Below are positions 9,170 through 19,105 of a DNA stretch of 64,000 nt, one piece after another. The number at the start of each line of letters is the position of its first letter. Position 1 is the first letter of the stretch. The notes below the pieces were generated by a model. It was not told the DNA's origin and did no database searches. It worked only from the letters and a program-made list of their open reading frames with translations. Position numbers and translations under genes: made by a program. Origin of the DNA: an uncultured bacterium (GTDB lineage: Bacteria; Omnitrophota; Gorgyraeia; Zapsychrales; Aceulaceae); assembly GCA_937930175.1 (NCBI GenBank), contig CALGLP010000018.1, positions 14,193 through 78,192 of the forward strand, given 5' to 3'.

Positions 9170-10108
9170 ATGAACGCAACGCCTACCCGAGATGGTTTTG
9201 GAGTGGAATTAACGGCTCTTGGAAATGAGCGTAAAGATATTGTCGTTGTTTCGGCGGATCTCGAGGATGCCACGCGAGCGGAATTCTTTAAAAAAGAATT
9301 CCCTGATCGTTTTTTTACTGTAGGTATCGCAGAGCAGGACATGGTTGGCACCGCGGTAGGGCTAGCGCTGGAAGGATTTGTTGTCTTTGCGTCTTCTTTT
9401 GCTGTGTTTATGACCAATCGTGCTTATGATATGATCCGTATTGATGTTTGTCAAAACAACGCCAATGTGAAGATCGTTTGTTCTCATGCGGGCATCACGG
9501 TTGGGGAAGACGGGTCAACTGCGCAGTGCCTCGAAGATCTTGCGATCATGAGGGTTTTACCTAACATGACGGTCCTGTGTCCTGTGGATACGATTGAAGC
9601 TAAGAAAGCCACGCGATGGATGGCCAACAATTATGGGCCTTTTTATATGCGCACGAGTCGATCCGCAGTTCCTGTGATTACCGCTGAGGCTGATCCTTTC
9701 GTTGTGGGAAAAGCCAACGTAATGCGCGAAGGTAAGGATGTCACGATCATTGCCTGTGGCCTGATGGTTTCTGAATCTTTGCAGGTCGCGGAAATGCTAA
9801 AAAAAGAGGGTATTGATGCCCGCGTTGTGAATATGCATACCATTAAACCGATCGATATTCAAATGATTGTTGAAAGTGCTAAGCAAACGAAAGCGATTGT
9901 GACTGCGGAAGAGCATCAAATCATGGGTGGGCTGGGAAGTGCTGTTTGTGAAGCATTGGCTCAAAATTATCCTGTTCCTGTTGAGATGATCGGCATGAAT
10001 GATGCCTATGGCGAAACAGGGGATCCTGAAGGCTTGCTTAAGAAATATCATATGAAAGATAGGGATATCGCACAAGCTGTTAAAAGGGTGATTAAGCGTA
10101 AGATATAA
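9170..10108 (+). CDS. transketolase, C-terminal (pyrimidine-binding + C-terminal domain) subunit
   Basis: Follows the N-terminal subunit with RBS AGGAGA, 7 nt spacing. FGVEL..GIAEQDMVG..A block typical of transketolase pyrimidine-binding domain; about 313 aa. Confidence 0.85.
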   Translation: MNATPTRDGFGVELTALGNERKDIVVVSADLEDATRAEFFKKEFPDRFFTVGIAEQDMVGTAVGLALEGFVVFASSFAVFMTNRAYDMIRIDVCQNNANVKIVCSHAGITVGEDGSTAQCLEDLAIMRVLPNMTVLCPVDTIEAKKATRWMANNYGPFYMRTSRSAVPVITAEADPFVVGKANVMREGKDVTIIACGLMVSESLQVAEMLKKEGIDARVVNMHTIKPIDIQMIVESAKQTKAIVTAEEHQIMGGLGSAVCEALAQNYPVPVEMIGMNDAYGETGDPEGLLKKYHMKDRDIAQAVKRVIKRKI

Positions 10109-10132
10109 AGATTATTAATCTGCGAAATGATC

Positions 10133-10172
10133 GGGCAGCTTTTTCTAATGAAAAAGCTGCCCTTTTCTATTT
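10133..10172 (+). terminator. Rho-independent terminator after the transketolase genes
   Basis: gggcagcttttt / ctaatg / aaaaagctgccc perfect 12-bp stem followed by ttttctattt. Confidence 0.8.
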
Positions 10173-10249
10173 ACTTCAGCACTTTGAAAACTAAAGAAAA
10201 TCAAAGTAATTTATAAAGGACATGATAAAATAATGCAAAAGGAAATTCA

Positions 10250-10840
10250 ATGAGCAAGAAAATACGATCAATTTATATCTTTTTACTGATTCTTGGTATT
10301 ACATGTTTGGGCTGTGCGGATAAGCGGCCAAAATATAAGAATTTGGAGTTTGAATTCTTTCTTCATTATAATCCAACTTGGGAAATGAAAGAGCGCGTTG
10401 ACTCGGCCGTTGTCGCTTTTCTTGCGCCTCAAGCGGATAAACTTGATTTCTTTCAAGAAACCATGACGATTACCATTGATGATTTGCTTAAGCCCGTTAC
10501 TCTTGCCCAATATACAGAGGCTGTGCAAGCACAAGTTAAAGCTATGGGCACCATGAAGGATGTCACGTTAAATGTGATCGAGACAAAACCACTAAAGATT
10601 TCTGGTAAGGCTGGTCATCAAATCGTTTACACCTTAACGCAATATGGCAATCCGCAAGAGCTTGTGGATCAAGGCCTGGCTCCACGCATTGATGCCCAAG
10701 GGGAAACCATCCAGATCAGGCTAGCTTGGACGATCAGGGAAAATAGGGTCTATCTTTTTACCTACGTAGCGCAAAGGGATAGCTATGCTACGTTTATCAC
10801 TGATGTTGATGCGATGATTCAATCCTTTAGATTTCTCTAG
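10250..10840 (+). CDS. hypothetical lipoprotein
   Basis: Signal peptide with lipobox LGC|ADK (ITCLGCADKRP); no recognisable enzymatic motif. Confidence 0.5.
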   Translation: MSKKIRSIYIFLLILGITCLGCADKRPKYKNLEFEFFLHYNPTWEMKERVDSAVVAFLAPQADKLDFFQETMTITIDDLLKPVTLAQYTEAVQAQVKAMGTMKDVTLNVIETKPLKISGKAGHQIVYTLTQYGNPQELVDQGLAPRIDAQGETIQIRLAWTIRENRVYLFTYVAQRDSYATFITDVDAMIQSFRFL

Positions 10841-10851
10841 GCTTAAACCTT

Positions 10852-11571
10852 ATGAAAGAATGCTCATCCTGCCATATTTTCTTTAAAGAATCTGTGATGC
10901 AATGTCAAGGATGCGGCGAAACGTTGAAAGAGATCACTCTCGGAGAAGCTCTCGAGCATACCCGCAAAAGATTTCTCAAGCATTTTAGTGAAGACAAAAG
11001 TGTTCACATCTTTGATCCGCACACCCAATATGTAGTCAGCAGTTATTTCAATAATCATTCACTTTTTCTTTATTTTGACCTCAGTAAAAATCAGCTTAAA
11101 TACGGTCGTCATTTCGAACGATTTTTTATCCAACCTATTAATCTGACGGCTTTTATCAACATTCCGTGGTTTTTTTATAATCTCCTCTATACTAATTATT
11201 TTCATTTTTTTTATAATCGGTATTGTCCTGTTTGTAATTGCAAGCATCTCGAGGGCCATCATTCGCAAGAGGAATGCGAGTACAACAAGATTTATTTTCA
11301 GATTCTTTGCGATGTCTTAAATGGCGATATTGTGAACACGAAGAAGGTGTACGAGGAGTATTATCAGGAAAATAAAAATTTGCAAATACCTAACGCTTTT
11401 GCGAATTTAAGCAAGCGGCATAAGCGTGCAGAGTTTGCCCTTGACTTATTGTCCATTAGTTTATCGATTTTGGCGTGGATGTATGTGATGGTTTATGTTG
11501 GGTTCCCGATGGGAAAGAGTCTAATGCTCAAATTACAATTTCTGGATGCCTATGAGTGGCGTCTTTTTTAA
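10852..11571 (+). CDS. hypothetical zinc-ribbon protein with C-terminal membrane anchor
   Basis: CSSC..CQGC at the N-terminus and CPVCNC..H in the middle (two putative Zn-ribbons); one hydrophobic helix near the C-terminus (LLSISLSILAWMYVMVYVGF). Confidence 0.45.
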   Translation: MKECSSCHIFFKESVMQCQGCGETLKEITLGEALEHTRKRFLKHFSEDKSVHIFDPHTQYVVSSYFNNHSLFLYFDLSKNQLKYGRHFERFFIQPINLTAFINIPWFFYNLLYTNYFHFFYNRYCPVCNCKHLEGHHSQEECEYNKIYFQILCDVLNGDIVNTKKVYEEYYQENKNLQIPNAFANLSKRHKRAEFALDLLSISLSILAWMYVMVYVGFPMGKSLMLKLQFLDAYEWRLF

Positions 11572-11588
11572 CCTAAAATATTAATACA

Positions 11589-13670
11589 ATGCTCCTGACA
11601 AATTATTACAATAATTTTAATTTCTTGCGCCAGATCCCTCTTTTTTCAAAGTTGAATTGGCTTGAGCTTCATTTTATTTCAAGTAAGGTTGAGTTAAAAG
11701 AATATAAAAAAGGTGATGTTATTTATCGTCAAGGGGAGCCTGCAGACGCGTTTTATTGTTTGGTTTCAGGCCGCCTTCTGGCATATTTAACAAATGCGCA
11801 AGGCCATCATCATCACGTGGAATACCTTTATCGGGGGATGTATTTTGGTATCGTTTCTCTCTTGACGGGTGAGTCACACTCGTTAAATTTTGAAGCCCTC
11901 AATGATTCTTTCATTTTGCGAATCTCCAAAGAGCATTTCGATGCCATTTTAAAAAAGATTCCACGGCTTGGCATTGAGCTTAGTTATAGCCTATCGCGTC
12001 GCATTCGCAAACAAGAGGGACGTGAGAAATTTATTCTGGAAAGTAATATTATTGCTGTCTATAGTCCTTTTCATGGGCTTGGAAGCTCTTTTTACGCGTT
12101 TAATCTTGCCCTGCATCTCAAGCGAGAAACAAAGAAGAAAGTCTTATTTGTCGATTTGTTTCGAACCAACGACGCCAAGACCTTGAAAGAATTTGCTACA
12201 GATTTTTCGCCAGCTTGGAAAAAAGACCCTTTGAGCCTCGACGGAGTTATGGATCATAAAGATTTACTCATGAAATCAATTTCTGTTACTCAAGACGGCC
12301 TGGATCTTTTGAATGTTTATTTTGAATCAAAGACACGTGATCTTGCGACCTATATTAGCGAATTTGTCACTACCTTGGCCCATGACTATCATTATATTAT
12401 TTTGGATTTGCCCAATAGCGCCGATGATCTTGTTTTTAAAACGTTAACTCAATGCGATGATATTCATCTTGTTTTGGGATCTCAGCCCGATGAAATCGTG
12501 GAGGCCAAAGAGATCATTACACGCCTGCAAGGGGCGTTTCCGCAATCGGTGCGTCAAGAGCGCTTAAAACTTCTTGTCCGTGAATTTGATCTTAAATCAA
12601 GCACTACGCTGCAAGAATTAACAAAGATTTTTGATTACCCGATCTATGCGAAATTGCCTCAAGTGATTTCTGGAGAAGGCAAAGAGCTTTTATCCTTGGC
12701 GCAAATGGATATTTTCTTGCCTACGGAAGATACTCTTTATTTTCAGCGCATGCGGCGCCTTGCGCGGGAAGTGGCTAAGACGCAGATTGGCCTTGTTTTA
12801 GGCGGGGGAGCTTCTTTTGGTTTGTCACTGATCGGTGTCTTGCGGGTTTTAGAAAAAGAAAAGATCCCCGTTGATGTTTTGGCTGGAAGCAGTATTGGCG
12901 CCTTGATCGGCGGACTTTGGGCGCTTGGGTTTACGGCGGATGAAATTGCAAAGTTTGCACAAGAGTTTCGATCGAAATTTTATTGTTTAAATCTCTTGGA
13001 CATTGTTTTTCCGCGATCTGGGCTTATTGGCGGTCATAACATTCGTCGGTGGTTGCGTAAACGCATTGGCCGGCGCCAATTTTCAGAAACACGCATTCCT
13101 TTAAAGATCGTGGCGTATGATTTAGCTCGGCGTGAAGATTTGATTATTGACGAGGGGGATGTCGTGGATGCGATTTGCCAGAGTATTGGTATTCCAGGGT
13201 TTATTCGTCCGATCCTGCGTGATGGCCGCGTCATTATTGATGGAGGAATCATTAATCCCTTGCCTACCAATGTGCTAACAGCCCTGGGTATTCAGAAAAT
13301 CATCGCGGTTAACATCATGAAATCTCCTGATGACATTGTCAAAGATATGGCGATTGCACGTCAAGAGCAAGAGGTGCTAGCGAAAACGTGTTTTAAGGAT
13401 TCACCAATTATCTTTCTAAAGAATAAAATGGTTCATTTTTTTCAACATCTCTGGACACCAAACATTTTTGATATTATTGTCAAAAGTCTTCAGGCTGCGG
13501 GTCATGTTTTGGCGGAGCAGAGTGCAGCGCAATCGGATGTCCTCATCCATCCGGACTTAACAGGTATTGATTGGTATGAATTATACAAGGTGGACAAGCT
13601 TATTGAATCAGGAGAGAAGGCCGCGCAAGCCAAGAAAGAAGAACTCGTGGCTCTAATAACACGCACATAG
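11589..13670 (+). CDS. three-domain protein: N-terminal cyclic-nucleotide-binding (CAP effector) domain, central degenerate MinD/ParA-fold domain, C-terminal patatin-like phospholipase
   Basis: cNMP block FYCLVSGRL..GMYFGIVSLLTGESHS. Middle region aligns to MinD (NIIAVYSPFHGLGSS vs IIVVTSGKGGVGKT; YHYIILDLPNSA vs FIVCDSPAG) but Walker-A Lys/Thr are lost. Patatin GGGASFG oxyanion motif and GSSIG nucleophile elbow, plus IDGG (Asp of the dyad). Confidence 0.7.
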   Translation: MLLTNYYNNFNFLRQIPLFSKLNWLELHFISSKVELKEYKKGDVIYRQGEPADAFYCLVSGRLLAYLTNAQGHHHHVEYLYRGMYFGIVSLLTGESHSLNFEALNDSFILRISKEHFDAILKKIPRLGIELSYSLSRRIRKQEGREKFILESNIIAVYSPFHGLGSSFYAFNLALHLKRETKKKVLFVDLFRTNDAKTLKEFATDFSPAWKKDPLSLDGVMDHKDLLMKSISVTQDGLDLLNVYFESKTRDLATYISEFVTTLAHDYHYIILDLPNSADDLVFKTLTQCDDIHLVLGSQPDEIVEAKEIITRLQGAFPQSVRQERLKLLVREFDLKSSTTLQELTKIFDYPIYAKLPQVISGEGKELLSLAQMDIFLPTEDTLYFQRMRRLAREVAKTQIGLVLGGGASFGLSLIGVLRVLEKEKIPVDVLAGSSIGALIGGLWALGFTADEIAKFAQEFRSKFYCLNLLDIVFPRSGLIGGHNIRRWLRKRIGRRQFSETRIPLKIVAYDLARREDLIIDEGDVVDAICQSIGIPGFIRPILRDGRVIIDGGIINPLPTNVLTALGIQKIIAVNIMKSPDDIVKDMAIARQEQEVLAKTCFKDSPIIFLKNKMVHFFQHLWTPNIFDIIVKSLQAAGHVLAEQSAAQSDVLIHPDLTGIDWYELYKVDKLIESGEKAAQAKKEELVALITRT

Positions 13671-13705
13671 TATAAATAAAAATTTGTAACGAGGGAGTGT
13701 CTACG

Positions 13706-14740
13706 ATGAAAAGAGTTCAAACAAAGATTATCTGCACCTTGGGGCCAGCGAGCTCAACACGAGGAATTCTCCTGAAGATGATTCGCTCTGGGATGGATGT
13801 TGCGCGTCTAAATTTTTCTCATGGAACGCATCAGAGCCATGCTGAAAGCATTCGTCTTATCCGCCAGATCAACCAAGCTTATCGACGCAATGTTAAGCTG
13901 CTTCAAGATCTTGAAGGATTTCGTATTCGCATCGGCCATCTTAATCAATGGCCTAATAGTGTTGTTGTTTTGAAAAAACATCAAATCGTCACTCTTTCTA
14001 ATAATCCTAAATATTTTAAGTCGGGTGTTATTCCTTTTGATTACGAGGGAGCGCTTAGGGTGATCACGCCAGGACGTCATATCTATATTGATGATGGCAA
14101 TATCGCTCTTGTCGTGAAGCATACGTTTAAGAATTATTTGCAAGCGTTTGTTGAGGTGGCAGGCACAATCAAGGAGCATAAGGGGATCAATATTCCTGAT
14201 GTTAAGTTACGTTTTACCGGAATGACTTCAAAAGATCAGCAAGATCTTCTTTTTGGTATCGCGAACCATGTTGATTTTATTGCGCAATCATTTGTTCGCA
14301 CTCAACAAGACCTTTTGGCGGTTCGTAAGGTCCTTTTAAAATATCATTCTAAGGCAAAGCTTATTGCTAAGATTGAAAATCAAGAGGGTGTTGATAACAT
14401 CGATTCTATTTTATTAGCTTGTGACGGGGTGATGATCGCGCGAGGGGATCTTGGGGTTTGCTTACCGATTTATGAAATTCCTTTTTTGCAGAAAATGCTT
14501 ATAAAAAAATGTAAAGCGCGAGGCAAATTTGTGATCACCGCAACGCAGATGCTTGAAAGCATGACCGAGCGCTTGAGGCCAACACGTGCCGAAGTGACTG
14601 ATGTTGCCAATGCGATCATTGATGGCACCGATTATACGATGCTTTCGGCCGAGAGCGCGGCCGGACGCTATCCTGTCGAGTCTGTTGAGATGATGAATGA
14701 TATTTGCAAGTACACCGAACAATATTTAGCGAAGACGTAA
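13706..14740 (+). CDS. pyk: pyruvate kinase, catalytic core only (no C-terminal regulatory domain)
   Basis: [45 protein letters not shown] motifs all present. ORF ends about where the A domain ends (about 345 aa) and the next gene starts 20 nt later. RBS GAGGGAG, 8 nt spacing. Confidence 0.8.
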   Translation: MKRVQTKIICTLGPASSTRGILLKMIRSGMDVARLNFSHGTHQSHAESIRLIRQINQAYRRNVKLLQDLEGFRIRIGHLNQWPNSVVVLKKHQIVTLSNNPKYFKSGVIPFDYEGALRVITPGRHIYIDDGNIALVVKHTFKNYLQAFVEVAGTIKEHKGINIPDVKLRFTGMTSKDQQDLLFGIANHVDFIAQSFVRTQQDLLAVRKVLLKYHSKAKLIAKIENQEGVDNIDSILLACDGVMIARGDLGVCLPIYEIPFLQKMLIKKCKARGKFVITATQMLESMTERLRPTRAEVTDVANAIIDGTDYTMLSAESAAGRYPVESVEMMNDICKYTEQYLAKT

Positions 14741-14760
14741 TAACTCCAAGAAGGATTCTC

Positions 14761-15123
14761 ATGAACGTCGCTGTCGTTGGAGCCTCCGATAAGACTGATC
14801 GCTATTCTTATCAGGCGTTTAAATTGCTTCAAGAAAAAGGCCACCGCGTCTTTGGCGTTCATCCGCGGATTAAAAATATTGATGGTCAGCGTATTTATTC
14901 TTCGCTTGAGGCGATCACGGAACCTATTGATGTCATTACTTTGTATGTTTCTTCAGATGTTTCTACAAAAATCGCTTTAGCCATTTTGGCTAAATCCCCA
15001 AAGAAGATTATCTTTAATCCAGGAACTGAAAACCTTGTGCTTGAGCGCTTAGGTCATGATAAGGGCATTGATGTCATTCGCGCTTGTACACTAGTTCTCT
15101 TGAAGACAGGACAATTTTCATAG
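14761..15123 (+). CDS. CoA-binding domain protein (YccU-like)
   Basis: MNVAVVGASDKTDRYSYQAFKLL..G..V..V.P N-terminal Rossmann-like CoA-binding signature; about 120 aa. Confidence 0.6.
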   Translation: MNVAVVGASDKTDRYSYQAFKLLQEKGHRVFGVHPRIKNIDGQRIYSSLEAITEPIDVITLYVSSDVSTKIALAILAKSPKKIIFNPGTENLVLERLGHDKGIDVIRACTLVLLKTGQFS

Positions 15124-15171
15124 AAACATATCTATTTTTGTAATAGAATATTCTTAACCAAGGAGGTTAAC

Positions 15172-15576
15172 ATGACAGACGCAATTCTTAGTACGCAGTT
15201 GATGATCAATGTTAATAATAAGGTCGGCACAGTGGCCGAGGTTTCAAGTACCGTCTCTGCATCAGGCATCAATCTTGTGGCGTTTTGTGCGTATGCAGTG
15301 GACAATAATGGTTTCATTATGTTTGTGACCGAAGATAATAAAAAAGCTAAGAAGCTTTTATTAGCGAAGAATTATGATGTGCAAGAAGAAGAAATTATTC
15401 TTTTGACCATGGATAATAAGCCAGGGGCGTTGCATAAAGTAACCCAACGTATTGCGGATTGTGGGATTGATCTAACGCTTGTTTATGGAACCGTTGAGCG
15501 CAAAGGTAAAAAAAGCCAAGTTGTTCTTATTTCTGAGAATAACAATGCTGTCCTTGCAGCGATTAAAACCATGTAG
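15172..15576 (+). CDS. ACT-domain pair protein
   Basis: Two repeats of the beta-alpha-beta-beta-alpha-beta ACT-like pattern (INVNNKVGTVAEVS..; LTMDNKPGALHKVT..); RBS AAGGAGG. Confidence 0.55.
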   Translation: MTDAILSTQLMINVNNKVGTVAEVSSTVSASGINLVAFCAYAVDNNGFIMFVTEDNKKAKKLLLAKNYDVQEEEIILLTMDNKPGALHKVTQRIADCGIDLTLVYGTVERKGKKSQVVLISENNNAVLAAIKTM

Positions 15577-15648
15577 GATGGGTCTGCTTGAGCTGGTAGT
15601 TATCCAACCATTCGTTTTAACCATCAGTTACGAAGTCAGGAGTCTTTT

Positions 15649-16071
15649 ATGGATGCGTATTCATGGGCCATTTTAACTGCCTGTATTTGGGGTGTTGTGC
15701 CGATTTTAGAAAAATTAGGATTGGCGCAGACCGATCCTATTGCCGGAGTCTTTTATCGATGCCTAGGGATTATCGCCGGGTTTGTCATTTTTGGATTTTT
15801 TATTTTTAAACCCGCGGATATTCGTACCGTTGATTTGCGCTCCATTCTTTTTTTAGTGACGGCAGGTTTCTTGGCGAGCTTTCTCGCGCAGCTAACGTTT
15901 TATCAAGGACTCAAGCTTGGGGAAGTTTCTAAGATTGTGCTTATATCCGCAAGCTATCCTTTCATTACCTTTATTATCGGTGTTATCCTTTTTAAAGAAA
16001 ATCTTTCGTTGATAAAATGTCTCGGCGTTTTTTCTGTTATAGCTGGCATTTGGGCCATTAAGGCCGGGTAA
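15649..16071 (+). CDS. EamA-like small membrane transporter (DMT superfamily)
   Basis: 140 aa with 4 predicted TM helices and a single EamA-type repeat. Confidence 0.5.
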   Translation: MDAYSWAILTACIWGVVPILEKLGLAQTDPIAGVFYRCLGIIAGFVIFGFFIFKPADIRTVDLRSILFLVTAGFLASFLAQLTFYQGLKLGEVSKIVLISASYPFITFIIGVILFKENLSLIKCLGVFSVIAGIWAIKAG

Positions 16072-16085
16072 GGCGAGCATTCATT

Positions 16086-16718
16086 ATGAAATCTATTGTG
16101 TTTCCAGCTATGTCGGTTTTACCAAATATCCCTAACATCTATCATGCCTTAGGTTATTTAAAGGAAAAAACGCTTGTTAAAGGTGTTTTAGGCAAAGAGA
16201 TCAATCGCTATATTGAAGAAGCTCAGGGGTTTATTGAGCTTAAAGGGACGGCCTTGCGCTTGAATGTCATAGAGATTGCCCACGAGCAAATTCTTTTAAA
16301 AAATAAAACAATCTTTAAAAGCGCTGCGCTTGCCAAATTTTTAAAGGGCTCAACGCAAGTCCTTTTGTTTGGGGCAACGGCGGGCCAAGCGATTATGGAT
16401 GTCATTGCGCAAAAATCAAAGGAACAAGATTTAACGCGTGCGGTTGTGTACAATGCTGTGGCCGGTGAGATGGCTGACGAGGCGTTGACGTGGATTGGTC
16501 AATATATGCATCAGCAGCTTCTTCGCGAAGGCCTTGCCTTGGATAATCGTCGGTTTTCAGCTGGCTACGGAGATTTTAATATTGAATATCAAAAGGTTTT
16601 TTGGGAGCTTCTCAATTTAAAAGATATTGGCGTTTCGATAACAAAGGCATCTCTTCTTGTCCCGGAAAAATCCGTCACAGCGCTTTCTGGAATCCGCGCA
16701 TCAAAATCATCGCAATGA
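16086..16718 (+). CDS. methionine synthase activation (AdoMet-binding/reactivation) domain, stand-alone
   Basis: About 210 aa protein immediately upstream of, and translationally coupled (ATGA) to, a MetH core that lacks this domain. Length and position are consistent with the Met_synt_B12 activation module being split off. Confidence 0.55.
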   Translation: MKSIVFPAMSVLPNIPNIYHALGYLKEKTLVKGVLGKEINRYIEEAQGFIELKGTALRLNVIEIAHEQILLKNKTIFKSAALAKFLKGSTQVLLFGATAGQAIMDVIAQKSKEQDLTRAVVYNAVAGEMADEALTWIGQYMHQQLLREGLALDNRRFSAGYGDFNIEYQKVFWELLNLKDIGVSITKASLLVPEKSVTALSGIRASKSSQ

Positions 16719-19105
16719 AGAATATAATTAAAAAACGTTTAGCCAAAAAATTCTTGATCCTCGATGGAGCTACAGGAACAGAGCTTCAAAAGCGTGGCAT
16801 GCCTCAGGGTGCCTGTCCCGAAAAATGGTGTCTTGACAACCCTGCGGCCATTGCGCAAGTTTCCAGAGATTACGTCCACAGTGGATCAGATATTATTTAT
16901 ACCTGCACGTTTGGTGGCAATCCTTATAAACTTAAAGAATATGGCATCTTCGATGTCGAAGCGGTGAATGAGCGCCTTGCGCGCATCGCTAAGAAAAGCG
17001 TTGGTCCGTCCATTCTTGTTGCAGGCGATATCGGACCCACAGGAGCGTTTATTGAACCCTTCGGGCCTATAAAATTTGATGATGCCGTTGATTCTTTCAA
17101 GCGTCAGGTCAAGGGGCTTTTAAACGGTGGTGTTGATTTATTTGTGATCGAAACCATGATGGACATCCAGGAAGCCCGCGCTGCGCTTATCGCCGTCAAG
17201 GAAATGACCAACAAGTTTGTTATGGTCACGATGACGATTGAAAAGAATGGTCGCACATTAAACGGCACAGACCCGATCACCGCGCTTATCACGCTACAGA
17301 GTCTTGGTGCGGATGCCGTGGGGTGCAATTGTTCAGCGGGCCCTAAGGAAATGGACCGTTTTATCAAAGCCATGAAGCCTTTTGCCATGGTGCCCATTGT
17401 CGCTAAGCCCAATGCTGGTCTGCCAAAGCTTATCCACGGGTCCACAGTTTTTGATATGACACCACAACAATTTGCTCGACATGCTAAAGATATCGCCAAG
17501 CATGGCGCTAACATTCTTGGCGGTTGTTGCGGAACAACGCCTGAGCATATTCAAGCATTGAAAAAGGTTCTGGCTGACATTAAGCCTCAGCCCGTTCAAA
17601 GAACATCCTTGAGCGCTTTGACATCGGCCAGGGCTTATGTGCTCATTGACAAACATCAAAAACCTTTGATCATTGGCGAATCCATTAATCCCACCCGGCG
17701 AAAGGCCTTGCAGCAGGAACTTTTGGACGAAAAAACCGCGCTTGTTCGCGAACTTGCTAAGACTCAAGAGTTTGATGGGGCAGAACTCCTTGATGTTAAT
17801 GTTGGCGCCCCAGGTGTTGATGAAAAAAAAGCCCTGCCAAAAGTCTTGGGCGCGCTATCTATCTTCTCATCACTTCCGCTTGTTATTGACTCATCAGATA
17901 TAGTCGCTTTGGAAAAGGCACTACGCCTTTATCCGGGCCGCGCGCTTATCAATTCCATTTCGGCGGAAAAGAAAATGCAGCCACTTCTTAAGCTTGCGTC
18001 CCAATATGGCGCTATGTTTATTGCCTTGCCGCTAAGCCATAAAGGGGTCCCTAAAACTTTTCTCGAACGAAAGAAAAATATTTTAACACTCATCCATGCG
18101 GCAAGAAAACAGGGGATCGCAAAAGCAAATATCGTCATTGATGCCTTAACGATGGCTGTGTCTTCGCTTCCCAAGGCAGGCTTTGAGACCCTTCAAACAG
18201 TTCGTTTTTGTTCACATCATTTGAAATGTCCTACGGTCGTCGGGCTTTCTAATATTTCTTTTGGCCTTCCTGAGCGCGCTTTGCTGAATGGGACCTTCTT
18301 TGCTTTATTAAAAAAACAAGGTTTAACGATGGCCATTGCCAATCCAGGACATTTAAAAGAAGCACGAAACAAAGAAGCTCAAAATCTTTTATTAAATCGA
18401 GATAAAGAAGCCAGAGATTATATTGCCTATTGCACTAAAGAAAAACCGCATGCTCCCAATGAAAAGGCGATTGTCTCATCACCCAAGGATTTAGTTTATA
18501 ATGCGGTTCTCGACGGCAATCGTGAACAAATTAAAGAGTTTATCATCATGGCAGAAAACGAGGGGATGAGCGCTGAAAAGATTGTGCATGAGGTCATGAT
18601 CCCAGCGATTAACAAGGTCGGGGAATTCTTTGAACAAAAGCGTTATTTCCTACCTCAACTGGTTGCCAGCGCTGAAGCCATGAATAGGGCCTTTGATTAT
18701 CTGGAGCCTAAACTTGCTAAAAAAGTGATGGGTGATATTCCGAAAACAGTTGTAATTTTGGCAACCGTCAAAGGCGATATCCACGATATCGGCAAAAATA
18801 TTGTTGCGCTGATGCTTAAAAATCATGGATTTCAGGTTGTGGATCTTGGCCGCGATGTTTCAGCGATACGGATTTTACATGCGATCAAGGAACATAAGAG
18901 TCCAATCGTCGGACTCTCAGCCCTCATGACAACAACCATGGTCAATATGCCTGAAGTGATCACCTTAGCTAAGGAACAACATTTACAATGCCGTTTTATG
19001 CTTGGCGGTGCTGTGGTGACCAAAGATTATGCTCAAAGTCTTGGGGCGGAATATTCTAAAGATGGTGTTGAGGCGGTTTCCGTGGCCAAACGGCTTAGCC
19101 AATAA
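16715..19105 (+). CDS. metH: methionine synthase MetH core (Hcy-binding, pterin-binding, B12-binding domains; no activation domain)
   Basis: LILDGATGTELQ (Hcy S-methyltransferase), IIGESINPT (pterin-binding), GDIHDIGKNIV (DxHxxG cobalamin motif) followed by a B12-binding Rossmann domain. ATG overlaps the upstream stop. Confidence 0.9.
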   Translation: MKNIIKKRLAKKFLILDGATGTELQKRGMPQGACPEKWCLDNPAAIAQVSRDYVHSGSDIIYTCTFGGNPYKLKEYGIFDVEAVNERLARIAKKSVGPSILVAGDIGPTGAFIEPFGPIKFDDAVDSFKRQVKGLLNGGVDLFVIETMMDIQEARAALIAVKEMTNKFVMVTMTIEKNGRTLNGTDPITALITLQSLGADAVGCNCSAGPKEMDRFIKAMKPFAMVPIVAKPNAGLPKLIHGSTVFDMTPQQFARHAKDIAKHGANILGGCCGTTPEHIQALKKVLADIKPQPVQRTSLSALTSARAYVLIDKHQKPLIIGESINPTRRKALQQELLDEKTALVRELAKTQEFDGAELLDVNVGAPGVDEKKALPKVLGALSIFSSLPLVIDSSDIVALEKALRLYPGRALINSISAEKKMQPLLKLASQYGAMFIALPLSHKGVPKTFLERKKNILTLIHAARKQGIAKANIVIDALTMAVSSLPKAGFETLQTVRFCSHHLKCPTVVGLSNISFGLPERALLNGTFFALLKKQGLTMAIANPGHLKEARNKEAQNLLLNRDKEARDYIAYCTKEKPHAPNEKAIVSSPKDLVYNAVLDGNREQIKEFIIMAENEGMSAEKIVHEVMIPAINKVGEFFEQKRYFLPQLVASAEAMNRAFDYLEPKLAKKVMGDIPKTVVILATVKGDIHDIGKNIVALMLKNHGFQVVDLGRDVSAIRILHAIKEHKSPIVGLSALMTTTMVNMPEVITLAKEQHLQCRFMLGGAVVTKDYAQSLGAEYSKDGVEAVSVAKRLSQ

